64,000 nucleotides of DNA from Utricularia gibba (taxonomy: Eukaryota; Plantae; Magnoliophyta), in contig CM007992.1 in assembly GCA_002189035.1 (NCBI GenBank), positions 2,170,001-2,234,000 on the forward strand, read 5' to 3'. Position numbers and translations under genes: made by a program. The notes beneath the pieces were generated by a model, which ran no database searches, had not been told where the DNA came from, and was given only the letters and a program-made list of their open reading frames with translations. This document shows, piece after piece, positions 25,923-37,224 of the stretch. Position 1 is the stretch's first letter; the number at the start of each line of letters is the position of its first letter.

Positions 25923-28852
25923 TGTATGCTAAGAATGCAAATTGGAGAGTGTTTGTGTGATTGCTAGGAATCAGTAATATAACACTGATTTGTCGTATTT
26001 GATTGCTCTTGTTATAGTAAATTTCTGTTGCTAGGAGAAATCCTAAGCCCAAGAGGTTCCCAATTGAGTTTACCTGACTAAATCTTGTTTGTCTATTCTA
26101 TTATATACACATGCATGCAGATTTACAAGAAAGCATATAGGTCTGTTCTCTTCACATAGAAACATAGGAGACTGCTGAATGTTCATATGTGACAGCAACT
26201 TAGTTGAATGTGTGCCTTTGTGCTCACAATTGATATCGGAGCTAGGTTATGGAGGAGGTACATGGCATGCCACAATTAACCACACCAATTACTCATTATG
26301 ATGATCAAAGATCAAGTCCATTCTTGTGTGCATGGATTTATAGGACCCTGTTGTAGATGGTACAGAGAGACTTCCTACAGTAGATGAACTAGCATGGAAA
26401 AAACTACATCTCAAGGTAGTTGCAATGATGAATTGTACATTGATAATAGCTTATCTCATAGAATCAACGGATGATGCCCAGCAGCTTTGGAAATCATTGG
26501 AAGAAATGTTTCGCCCAGACATTGCACTAACGTATGTCTCGCTTGTAAAATCACGATGGAGAATCCATGTAGGAGCACCTGAGCCAATTCAAGGGCATAA
26601 TAGACCAGATGGTAGCAGTGAAGATGAGTCTTGATGAAGAAATCCAAGTCATACAATTGCTTGATTCATTATCAGATTCATGGGAGACTCTCATTGTTAC
26701 TCTGATTTCGCTAATGGTGAATCATGATATGATGTAGTGGCAACTGCAATATTATAGGAAAAACTTCAATAGGAGTCATTTGGAGCTGATCATAATGCTA
26801 AGTCAAAAAATGGAACTGTTACCTATAGTGAGGGCAAACATTAGGGCAAATGAGAAGAAAGGATGCAAAACAAGAGAAGGGATAAATCTAAGTACTGAGA
26901 CAAGTCCTAGAGTAGACAGGGCTAGGGTGAGAAGAAGCATGAGTCACATAACTACTTTCATTGTGGCGAGAAGGGGCATATCCGAAAGGATTACTGTGGC
27001 TACAAGGCTCAACATGAGTACACAAAGGAGTGAAAGAACACAAAACCTGAAGAAGCTAACACATCTGCATACCTAGGTGTTGTGGGTGATGATCTGTTAG
27101 TGCTCTTGGTTGTAAAAGGAGGGAAACACAGGGGTGGATTGTGTATGGTATGTGGACTCAATAGCTTCATTTCATGCATCTCCTCAGAAGTCAAATATGA
27201 TCAACTACAAGCCCTATCACATCACTATGCGAATAGGTAATCACTCAAGTTTGGAGATTGTAGGTATTGGTGATTTGTTGGTAACAACAAACATGGAAAA
27301 CGAATTATAGTTCAAGGGAGTGTGCCATGTACCAACTCTCAGAGTAAACCTATTATTTGTTGGCGAGATGGATATGGATGGGGTTATAGATACAATTTTG
27401 TAGCTGAAACTTGGAAATTATTTAAAGGCTTCATTGTGGTTGCAAGAGGAGTCATGGTAAAAAGATTGTATAAGACTAATATGAAAGCAGAAGGGAATGA
27501 AGTAATAGCAGCAACACTAAATGATAACACATATGACCTTCAACACAAGCGGATGAGACATCTCTCACAAAGTGGTATGCTATGAACTTCTGGTTAGTGA
27601 GTTGCGGTTTGATACCCCCAGGCAAGTCCTCATTAGTCTCTGAGAGTTGCATTTATGGCAAGCAACACATAGTGTCCTTTTGAGCACAATTACATAGAAG
27701 TAAGAAGAGGTTGGAGGTACTTTTTTCTAATGTTGATGGACCTATAAATATTCCTATGGTTGGAGGGTTGAACCATTACTTCACTGTGGATAGTGCCACA
27801 CATAAGTCATGGGTATATTTAGTAGCATGCGACTATGAGGTGTCTGCATGCTTCAAAGCATTCCATCAAATAGTGGAATGGGAAATAAGGGATAAATTAA
27901 AGTGTTTATGGATAGAAAATGAGGATTTTACAGTGAGGAATTCAAGAAGTAATGTCTAGATTTTGGCATAAAAAAGGTTGCTATTGAGCTTGGAATACCA
28001 CAACATAATCCCATCATAGAATGCTTCAATCAAACCTTATTTTATAAGATAAGATATATGCTAAAGAGCTTTGGTTTATCAGGGCAATTCTAGGGAGAAG
28101 CCATTAAAAAAACCTGCTATATATTCAATAAAAGTCCCAAAAGGGCTTTAGAGTTGGGTATTCTTGAAGAATATTGGTCTGGCCAAATGGCTACTTTGGT
28201 ATTTTAAAGGAGCAATTGAATGGGGTCTATGCTATAGAGTTTCATCCTCTAGACTATGCATCTTTGTGGATTTAGACATGGCTGAGGATATTGATACTCG
28301 AAGATCTACCATTGGATTGATCTCAATGTTGGCAAGGGCTAGAATAGCATGGATGTCCTCACTTCAAAAATGTGTAGCTTTATCTTCTATTGAAGAAAAG
28401 TACATGGCATTAACTTAGGTTCGAAAAGAAGCAGCATGGCTGCAGAGATTGCTTGAAGAATTAGGATTACCACAACACCAGTTAATCCAAGTCCTATGTG
28501 ATAGCCAAAGTGCTATAGCACTTAGCAAAAATGTTGTTTTCCACTCTAGAACAAAGCATGTGAATATGCAATACCACTGGATCAAAGAAATGGTATAGCA
28601 AAGAAAAATTAAACTTGTGAAAGCCAAGACTAAAGAAAACATAGCTGATCTTATGACTAAGGTTCTAGGGCCCTCTTGGCACCATATGTTGGTGCAGAAA
28701 GCTGGGCTCAAAGTTATTTGCTAAAGGAACTCTCGCATCCAACCTAGGAGAGTGATTGTTGACATTAAGTAATGATCACATGTGTTGCACAATCTAGAAG
28801 TGAAGGAGTGGAGAAGCAGCCCATGAAAAATACGTAGGGCTCATAATCATAG
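25923..28852 (+). mobile_element. Decayed Ty1/copia element (partial 5' LTR 25923-26228, PBS, gag, protease, integrase, RNase H, PPT)
   Basis: Degenerate PBS TGATATCGGAGC at 26231-26242; QQLWKSLEEMF; CCHC-like FHCGEKGH; integrase remnants; DIDTRRSTIG...IAWMSSLQKCVALSSIEEKY and CDSQSAIAL..N.VFH.RTKH. Purine tract near 28745. Most of RT is deleted. Confidence 0.88.
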
Positions 28853-29124
28853 CCTACTTATTTTTGAACGACAGCCTTTTTCAACAATAGCCTAAATTTG
28901 GAGGTTTGATTTTATTCCCTATATATTCTTGATTTTTTGCCATACTTTGTGGGCAAGAGTTGTTTTTTTTTTTTATTCTAATTACAATTTATCTTCACTT
29001 GTTAAAATCTGTCAACAATATTTTTCTTCTTGGATTTTAGTTGAAATTTTTTATACTTATGAGTGTTAGTTATCTAAGTCTATTATTTATGTTTGATGTT
29101 CTATTCTTCTTTGATTAGATAGTA

Positions 29125-29830
29125 TGGAAGGCAGTAGTGCTAATGAAACTCCAAAATCAGATCCACCATCACAAAATAGCAATAGAAGTGATGTTGCATA
29201 GAAATATGTACATGTGCAAAAAGTTTCTAGAAAGGATATCATAGTTTGTAATTTATGTGATAAAAAATTTCGAGAAGGTGGGATTCATCGAGTAAAGCAA
29301 CGTCTTGCTTGTATCAAAGGTCAGATGAGTAAATGCTTAAAAGTTCCTTTGGATGTGAAAGAGGAGATTTGGAAAACATTAAATCCTGAATCATCTTATA
29401 GTAAGAAAATAAAGGTTGGTGAGCAACCTAGCCCTTTATGTGATTACGATATATTTGATTTGGAAGAAAGAAATTTTGAAGAAGATACTGCAAATGCTAA
29501 AGGCAACCAAAAAGGAATGAAGCAATCTACAATGAAAAAATATTTGGTTAAGAAGGATGTAGTAGCAAAAACCAAAGTTCTTATTGCAAAGCTTTTTATG
29601 ATACAGGTATCTTCTAAGTACTTGAAGATCTAAAAGTTTTATAAAGATGTTAGTTGCAGTTTCAAAGTTGGGTGATTCTTTAGAAATTCCATCATATTAC
29701 AAGTTACACATCCCTATTATGAAGCATGCTAAACAAGATCTGATGATTTGGAAAGATGGTTTGAGTAGTAGTTTGGCTACAACGGGTATAATTGTGATGT
29801 TTGATAGTTGGATGATGGTGATTCTGCAAG
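29125..29830 (+). mobile_element. hAT transposase 5' remnant (BED zinc finger, DUF659-type)
   Basis: SDVA*KY...CNLCDKKFREGGIHRVKQRLACIKGQMSKCLKVPLDVKEEI, followed by frame-broken IPSYYKL...DSW remnants. Confidence 0.75.
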
Positions 29831-29844
29831 TGCACAGAAACTGT

Positions 29845-30300
29845 CAAAGTAATAAAATAAGATCGTATCCACAGGTAATTGTTATTGGAATTTTCTTTTC
29901 AAACAAAGACTCAAAAAAACTGAAAACAAAAGAAATACTTGGGTTTAAAAACAATAAGAAAATTGGCCTTGGATCCAGGATTCACTTTGCTTAAAACTTG
30001 CTCAAACTTGTATGTGTAAACCTTGAAGACTGACCTGCTTGCACAAGCTTTAGGGGTGTTATTCTAAAGTAGTGCTATTCGGTGACCATTATAGCATCGT
30101 CCTTTGTTTTGTGGGATTATGGAATCAACTATGCCACCAGAGTCATTTCACCTCTTGTGATAACCCATGTTTTCCTCATACCCAAATCTAACCCCTACAC
30201 CTCACACCTCGCAGACAGATTAAACAGAATGTGCCTTACCAACGATGTCCGATTGAGCCCTTCTCCTTAGGTGCTTGAGGCGAACCTTTGATTCTTTCAC
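29845..30300 (-). mobile_element. LTR fragment (Athila-like 3' part)
   Basis: Minus-strand CCTGTGGATACGATCTT motif and noncoding LTR-like composition. Boundaries approximate. Confidence 0.4.
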
Positions 30301-30559
30301 ACTCCCTTCGGGTTATGTGATACTAAAGAGCACGTGGATAAAGAAAAAATTGTGAAAAATAGAATCAAACCTCAATTTAAATGTCGAGAAACATAGTAAA
30401 ATAGTCATACGCGCAGGACTTGCGCAAGAAGATTGATGAATAATAAATGCGATTGCATATCTCAAACACCGATGAGAAGATTGATGTGGTTTGCTGAAGT
30501 TTCAACTGCATTCTAGTGAGACGGTGGCCCATACAACGATTGAATGAGGTAGCCTATTT

Positions 30560-30940
30560 CTACCAGAAGTCTCTGCAGGAGCATCTTCCATCCTTGAATT
30601 GATGAAACCTCTTATTATCTCTTATAATAAACTCACGCTTCTCCAAACCTGAAAGAATCTTTATGAAATTGTGACAATCCCCACAAATTATCAAGTTCTT
30701 TATAAACCATAAATGGTGTGCCTGGAGCTTACAAAGCTGCATGCTATTGCTATTCTTTCGCCTTGGTAAAGGAGAGTTCTCTCCTTCTCTTCCTCATCAA
30801 GGTCATGGAGAACATATCTCGTCTCAGGGACGTAGCCGGCCGAATTGTTCAAGGACCAGATATTCCCATACACCATCTTCCTACAGTTAGGTTTGAGGTT
30901 TCCATTTCCTTTCCTATATTTATTATGTCTAACTTCCACC
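30560..30940 (-). pseudogene. Orphan PPR DYW-domain fragment (DYW2/MEF8-like)
   Basis: [33 protein letters not shown], then a frameshift, then [47 protein letters not shown]. The HxE motif reads QGE. No PPR repeats are recognisable upstream. Confidence 0.88.
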
Positions 30941-31038
30941 TGCTTTACCCAATTTTCATATTTCATTATTGATTCTGTAGTCATCTTTATGTTTCCCGTT
31001 TCTCCCCTGCAGTTTCCCATAAGAATCAATTATCACAC

Positions 31039-32235
31039 TGTTAAGTGTCATTTTTTAGTTATTATTATGTATTATTATGTATATATTTTCTTTGTCCTTT
31101 ACATGTACTTTGACCGAAATATGTCAGGAGGCAGTCGTAGAGTATTGCAGAATGCTTGCAGGAGACCAAACTCTGACTTTTCGTTGCACGCGACTTGGAA
31201 CAATGGTGGGCGAAAAACTGACACTAGTCAAGACCCCTGACTTATGGCATGTCAAAGTCTGTAGAAATGATTGGGCACTAACTTGCACACAAGAAAAAGC
31301 TGGTAACGCACGCAAGACAGAAGGAATGATGGAAAGAGGACCAGAAGAAGTTAATGAACATGGGAAGTGATAGAAAATCAATTTGAAACACTTATTTTAG
31401 GACTTTTTTTGAACCTTTTGACACTTTATCCTTGTACTTAAAACTTTTGGTTCTTCCTCTCCCTTGAGAGAGGAAGAACACTTAGCTTCCGTTTTCGTTT
31501 TTGTTTTCATGGCTCTTTGTGGCTAAACTTTCTTAGTTTCTAGAAGTAGATGAAGTTTCCTTTCAAGTCTTGAGCATTAAACTCAGTTTTTTGTTGAATT
31601 CATTCCGGATTTTGCAGTCTTTCTGTAACGACTCCTAGTCACGGTCTATGAGTAGCAGGCCACTACTCGCAGGTCTTGATGAAGAGCACCAACTCCAACC
31701 CTATTGGTTTGAGGGAAGTAGCGAATTTTTCGTGGTCGAGGTACCGCGATAGTGGACAAGTAGTGACCTCGTACTCGCCACTAGTCATTGGAAATAGCTG
31801 GGTACACGTGCACAATTCGATTTTGAAGACAATCGATGACAATCCTCTTGTCTTTCTAATCGTCTAAGGGGGAATCACATGAGGCTATTCTCGTGCCTCC
31901 TTGTCAATCAGAGTGTAAGGGAGAGTAGGCTATTCCTTACTCCTATAACCAGCTATCCGGAAGAAATCAGTGAAAACCGAGGTGATGATAGACAAAAGAA
32001 GGAAGCAGAATCTTATTTCCAGGAACTGCAACCCGTAGTCGAGATTCATCACTTAAGTTGTAACTTTTATTTCTACATTTCAAAAACTCTCTTTTACAAA
32101 TCCGTGACAATTTGTAAAAGTTTTCTACAAAACACTTTTTGCAAAACTCAACTCCTCAAGATCGATACTCGTACTACGCTCTTTTGTATTTTACATTTTA
32201 TATATTAAAATTTATTGAGAAAACGATACACAACA
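31039..32235 (+). mobile_element. Solo LTR (Athila-like), 1197 bp
   Basis: Starts TGTTAAGTGTCA and ends CACAACA. Flanks are CACAC/CACAT (4/5 TSD). Internal GGCTAAAC motif. Confidence 0.7.
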
Positions 32236-32299
32236 CACATTATTTTTTTTATCACTCAAAATTAATAAGAATATTAATATTATATGATTGGTCAAACTC

Positions 32300-32364
32300 T
32301 TTGAACGGTTGAAACCGATTTCAAAACCGAACCGGCGTGTTACTGCTCCGGTTTTGAAAACCAG
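32300..32364. mobile_element. hAT-like right terminus
   Basis: Repeated AAACCG subterminal motifs ending in CCGGTTTTGAAAACCAG, which resembles hAT TIRs. No matching left TIR found. Confidence 0.5.
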
Positions 32365-32503
32365 TTCTTAATCATAGAGTGAAGGTGATTCCCACATCTC
32401 ATGTTAAGGGCCACGATCCCCATGAAATGGAGGGCAGAGAAATAAAAGGGACATGAGAGGTGGGCTGGTGGTGTGTGGAGAGATAGCTGAAATTCTATAT
32501 GAT

Positions 32504-32811
32504 TGTGTGCTAAGAATGCAAATTGGAGAGCGTTTGCGTGAGTGCTAGGAATCAGTACTGTAACACTGATTTGCTGTATTTGATTGCTCTTGTCATAGTG
32601 AATTTCTGTTGCTTAGGATAGATCCTAAGTGTAGGAGGTTCCCAATTGGGTTTACCTGGCTAAATCTTTTTGTCTATTCTATTATATACATATGGGCGCA
32701 GATTTACAGGAAAGCATATAGGTATGTGCTCTTCACATAGAAACACGGCAGGCTACTGAACGTGATCATTTGTGACAGCAACTTAGGTGAACGTGCGCGT
32801 TTGTGCGGACA
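32504..32811 (+). repeat. Second copy of the copia LTR segment at 25923-26228
   Basis: Collinear direct repeat from TGT(A/G)TGCTAAGAATGCAAATTGGAGAG to TGTGACAGCAACTTAG..., with many substitutions. Confidence 0.88.
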
Positions 32812-34419
32812 CATACCACAGATGCTTACCAGTGGTTGGTGGTCACTGGTCAGTTCCAACAGCCATGTCTCTACCTGGACAGGCATTCCGTCCAGGTTAG
32901 GACACGAGCCTTCTTCAACTGTAGATAGTGTGTTCGCACTTGCTCGCCCACCCATGTGCATAGGGTCTCCTGATGCCCACTCCCTTTGCCATTTGCTCTA
33001 ATGGCGGCCTCTATGGCTGTAGTTAATTACTCTGTTGTTGTTCATCACTCGCTTGCCACTGAGCAGTGGCCACAGACCACCACACATGAATCGTACACCG
33101 CTTTGCTTGCCCATCGTCACCATTTTGCATGGGTGGGCGAGCAGGTAGCCAGGCAGATGGATGCACGATGGCCGATGGGTGACTGGTGAGGGCTAGTGGG
33201 CAATGGGCGGCAGATGGGTGAGGGGCGGTGGGTACGCACGCAATTTTGGGTAATGGAATAAAAATTAGGATTTGATTTTGGGATTGATTTTTTCATTATG
33301 GAAACACAATGAGGATATAATGTTAAGTTTACCTTGAGATTAATTTGGGTCTAAACTAAATATATATGATACATCAAACAATACAAATCAGTTCTGTTAA
33401 TGGAGATTAAATACATTATTTTTATCAAATATTACGGATCAAGCATGTCATTTTAGTAAATAGAAAGAATTTTAGCAAAAAAGATTGAAAGGAAACCTAA
33501 AATAGAATACATGTTTTAGACGATATTTGACTTAAAACAATAAGCCTAATTGTATGTGCAATCATAAAGACTAATGATCGGATTCCTCCAATACTGCATT
33601 TTTATTAAAAAAAATGATCTATATGGCAAATGAATCATGATGTGAGGACATGATTTGTTAAAAAAAAAAACAAATTTGAGATTTTCATTAATTACTAAAT
33701 GATATAATAATCAGAAACAATATCTTCAAATATTATAAAAGTAAAATTTATCGACGTGGTTAATGACAAGAGGTTCGTCCAATTATAAAAAAAATGGTTC
33801 AAATAAAATTTTATTTAAAAACACATGTGTTTATTTTTCTTTATTTAAATATCTAATGAAACAATTGCGATTGATCTTTCTTGATTGTTTCATGGAAGCT
33901 ACCTGGCAATGTCACAGTTAAAAAGTTTATTTCTTTTTATATTTCAAATATAGCAATACAATATTAAGGTGATGATGATTCTCATTAATTATATGCTGAT
34001 ATTTTGGGAAGGATTTGTCATAGAATTCATTCTTCACAATTGGAAACAAATAGATCCGAACGCAGTAATTCTGTAGTAGCGAGAGTTTCTATTCGATTAC
34101 TCCTCATCAGCAAGAATTTCTACTTTTGTTGTAGAGTTAGCACTTCTACCCAATAGATAGCTAGCACTAATAGAATGAGAGGTCAATTTCATCACATGGG
34201 GTCATTCTCATCTGCTATCTCAAAAATTAAGACAATAAAAAGAGATCAGTTTCATCACATGGGCCACATTTGTAAATCATCCGAGTGAGATCTAGAGATA
34301 TGGCGAAGGTATCCCGAAGATTTTGGAACACAAACAAAGGATGCCACAATTATTTGTTTTATTCAAGCACGCACGGAATACAAGGTCACCGCTTCCGGCG
34401 AGCCGTTTCAAAAACTAGA

Positions 34420-34770
34420 TCAGTATGAGGGACTGAAGGAAACGAGTTCGCGATAGTTCTGCCATGGCCTCACATACACAACAGCCGTGTATTTCTTTGA
34501 CACGCCGCCTTCATTGACGGCGATTACGATGCGGTAATTCGTTCCGGCGACAACCTGCGACTCCGCGCTCAAGATTTTCACGAGAACGATAGATCTCTGA
34601 AACTTCCTGTTCTGCGCCTCCACCGCGAATGTGGCGGCCTTTCGCACATCGGGATCATTCTGTGGGTTCCTGATCGGTCTGTAGCCTCCGAGGATCCTCT
34701 GGCCTTGGGTCATGACGCAAATCGACGCCGAGAAGAGTAGGAAGAGGAGAAAGCGAGATTTGGGGGACAT
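34420..34770 (-). CDS. Secreted phytocystatin (cysteine protease inhibitor), intronless, 116 aa
   Basis: Hydrophobic signal peptide, N-terminal GG, AATFAVEAQN (LARFAV-like), QVVAG and PW motifs. Confidence 0.96.
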   Translation of the reverse strand: MSPKSRFLLFLLFSASICVMTQGQRILGGYRPIRNPQNDPDVRKAATFAVEAQNRKFQRSIVLVKILSAESQVVAGTNYRIVIAVNEGGVSKKYTAVVYVRPWQNYRELVSFSPSY

Positions 34771-34826
34771 TTTCCTTCTGCGTCTGTCCTACGGATGGAG
34801 GGTTAGGGTTAGCGTGCCGACTGCCG

Positions 34827-34835
34827 CTTTTATAG
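34827..34835 (-). promoter_or_regulatory. TATA box of the cystatin gene
   Basis: CTATAAAAG on the minus strand about 60 bp upstream of the ATG. Confidence 0.7.
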
Positions 34836-36617
34836 GCACAATTTGAAAAAACCACCCAATTTTTCCCAAATGAAGAGATACTTTTTTTCAGGTCCTTGAT
34901 TTGTTCCTTATTCACAAGATGACCCCCATAGCTTATATTCTCAGTTTGGAGGTGAGGTGAGTTGCCGGTTATGGTTTTCAGTAGACGCGCACCATCCCCG
35001 GTTGGTGGACACTTGGATGGGGGTTCCGTGTCGGCATACAATACATGCACACTATCGTATTCAAGACAATGATTCGATGGAGACCCCGCTTAAATTATTT
35101 CCTTGTCGGGATAACAATAATGAATTGGGTGGACACAAAAAATGACGTGTTTTTCCACTTGTCAACTATGGCTCACTAATAACGTCACACGCTTTTTCTT
35201 TTGCTGACCTGGCTTTATTATTACTATTATCATTCATCAAACAAACAATAATGATATATTTTCCAGATAATTAAAAAATACATAGGAACGATAATAAAAT
35301 TGTGAAAATAAGAAAATTTATAGAATACTAACATCAACTTCATGATCTAAAATGTAAAAGTGTTACGATTATCATAGTATTACTATTATCATTTATCTAA
35401 AATTGTAAAAGTATTGCTGATAATTTAGGACTTGTTTGGAAGTGCTTATACTCTTTAGTAAATGTTTAGATAATATTATTATCATGAATAATCAATTTTT
35501 ATTAAAATGTTTCTAAAACTTTTTTTATATTGTAAGAAAATATGTCAAGTTGATGTGTGAAAATTTCAAATAAGAAATTCAACAACATAGTGTTGTTGAA
35601 TTCAATATTTTCAAATAATTTATTCTATACATGAATGCCTTTTACGTCTTCATTAAGAAATCCTTTACATGGATAGTGTTGGTATCTTCTTGAAACTGAC
35701 GAATTTTATATAAAACCAATGGTTTAATATTCCGACTTCGAACAAAAATCTCAAAATCTAAATCGAACAAAAATTAGAACCAAACTGTATGGTTTTGGTT
35801 CGAACCAAGATTTTGAATTCTCATTTATGTTGAAATAATACCATAGTAATAAATTTAATTCAAAGTTGCAAAAAGTTAAAAATAAAAATATTAAAAAACA
35901 TTTTCTTTTAATAATATTTACTTACTCTTTACGAATATTCATTGTCAAATAGGTGTTTAATGTCAATTACTTGCTTGTAACCAATCTTTTAAACAAATAC
36001 GTGTTTTTAAAATACTAGTGTTCAAATTTGACCATTTTGGGTAAAAATTCTTACACTTGTACTAAAAGTGCTTTTAAATGTCATTACACGTCCAATATAT
36101 GAGCAAATTTTAACCATTTTTGTAACATTGCATAATTAGTTGAGTTAGATTTTCATAAATCCAAAATATCAAAACTATCATCATCATTACTATTAAAAAT
36201 TGAAATATTATTGTATCCGTGATTTGATATATGTAATTTAAAAAAATGAAAAAGAAGAGCAAACAGATGTAATATGTTTTTTTTAAAACTTAACTAGTGG
36301 ACATGCTAGATATAGGAATATTAAAATTATTATATCTGCTAGTATAAATAGAATATATAGAGTATGCAAATTCAATTCTTCAAAATTTTTAATTGATAAT
36401 GTCAAATTATTATTGTTAAAATATTTAAAAATACAGTCAAGTAAAGTATTAATACTTTAATATTTTGCTTATGGAATCTTATCAAAATATTTTTAAAATT
36501 CATTTTTATTTTATCAATTATACATCTTAAAAAATAAATATTTTAAAATCCAGGAAATCACAAGATGAAAAGTGGCATAATAAATATCATGAAAATCTTT
36601 CTACAAGATTAAAAATG

Positions 36618-37146
36618 TGATAGGGGATAAACCGGTCAGATATAATCGGTTCCTAAAAGGCTTCCAAAAGAGATTCCGAGGGGATAACGCCAGATGACAG
36701 ATCGGCATCTGTCAGAAATCTGACAGGTATGTCCATATGATACAGTTTGAAAAGCAGCCGAATTATGGCATGACAGGCTGCCGATATCTGAAAAGCGAGA
36801 TCGTATAGCAGGAGCAGAAAGCAACCGATATTTGCAGACACCAGAATTCAGTTAGCGTGAGCTCTCCTATAAATAGGAGGAATTATGATGAAAGGGGGGT
36901 TGGACTCAAAAAGATTTCTTCAAGTTGTATTCTCCTTTTCGCGACCTCCATCTAGTGAAACTCTTTTCCGGCGAGCTCCGGCAGCTCCGTGGTTTTTCCG
37001 CTCTCCGGCGGTTTCCACGTAAAAAATCCTTCCTCACTCTTATTTTAATCGTACCAACCGTGAAGAAGGTGACTAAGTGTGGCATTCCCGACCGCGCCTA
37101 TCACCTAAAATTGGCCTCTCACCGGATACCGATTTCACCCATAACA
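36618..37146 (+). repeat. 5' LTR of the Retand-like element
   Basis: TGATAGGGG...CCCATAACA, with TATAAATA at 36868-36875. Confidence 0.97.
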
Positions 37147-37150
37147 TATT

Positions 37151-37168
37151 TGGTGCCCACCGTGGGGC
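37151..37168 (+). other. Primer-binding site, tRNA-Lys type
   Basis: TGGTGCCCACCGTGGGGC, 4 nt after the LTR, near-complementary to the 3' end of plant tRNA-Lys. Confidence 0.85.
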
Positions 37169-37224
37169 TACATTCCACAGTCCCATTTGAGAAACTCACA
37201 CGAACCACTCGTTAATCACGAGTC

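Noticed and set aside
28809-28819. TGGAGAAGCAG, matching the 5' half of miR164
   Set aside because: The match stops at 11 nt, no hairpin partner is evident, and it lies in LTR sequence.
34801-34812. GGTTAGGGTTAG as an interstitial telomeric repeat
   Set aside because: It has fewer than two full units and is at most a telo-box-like promoter motif.
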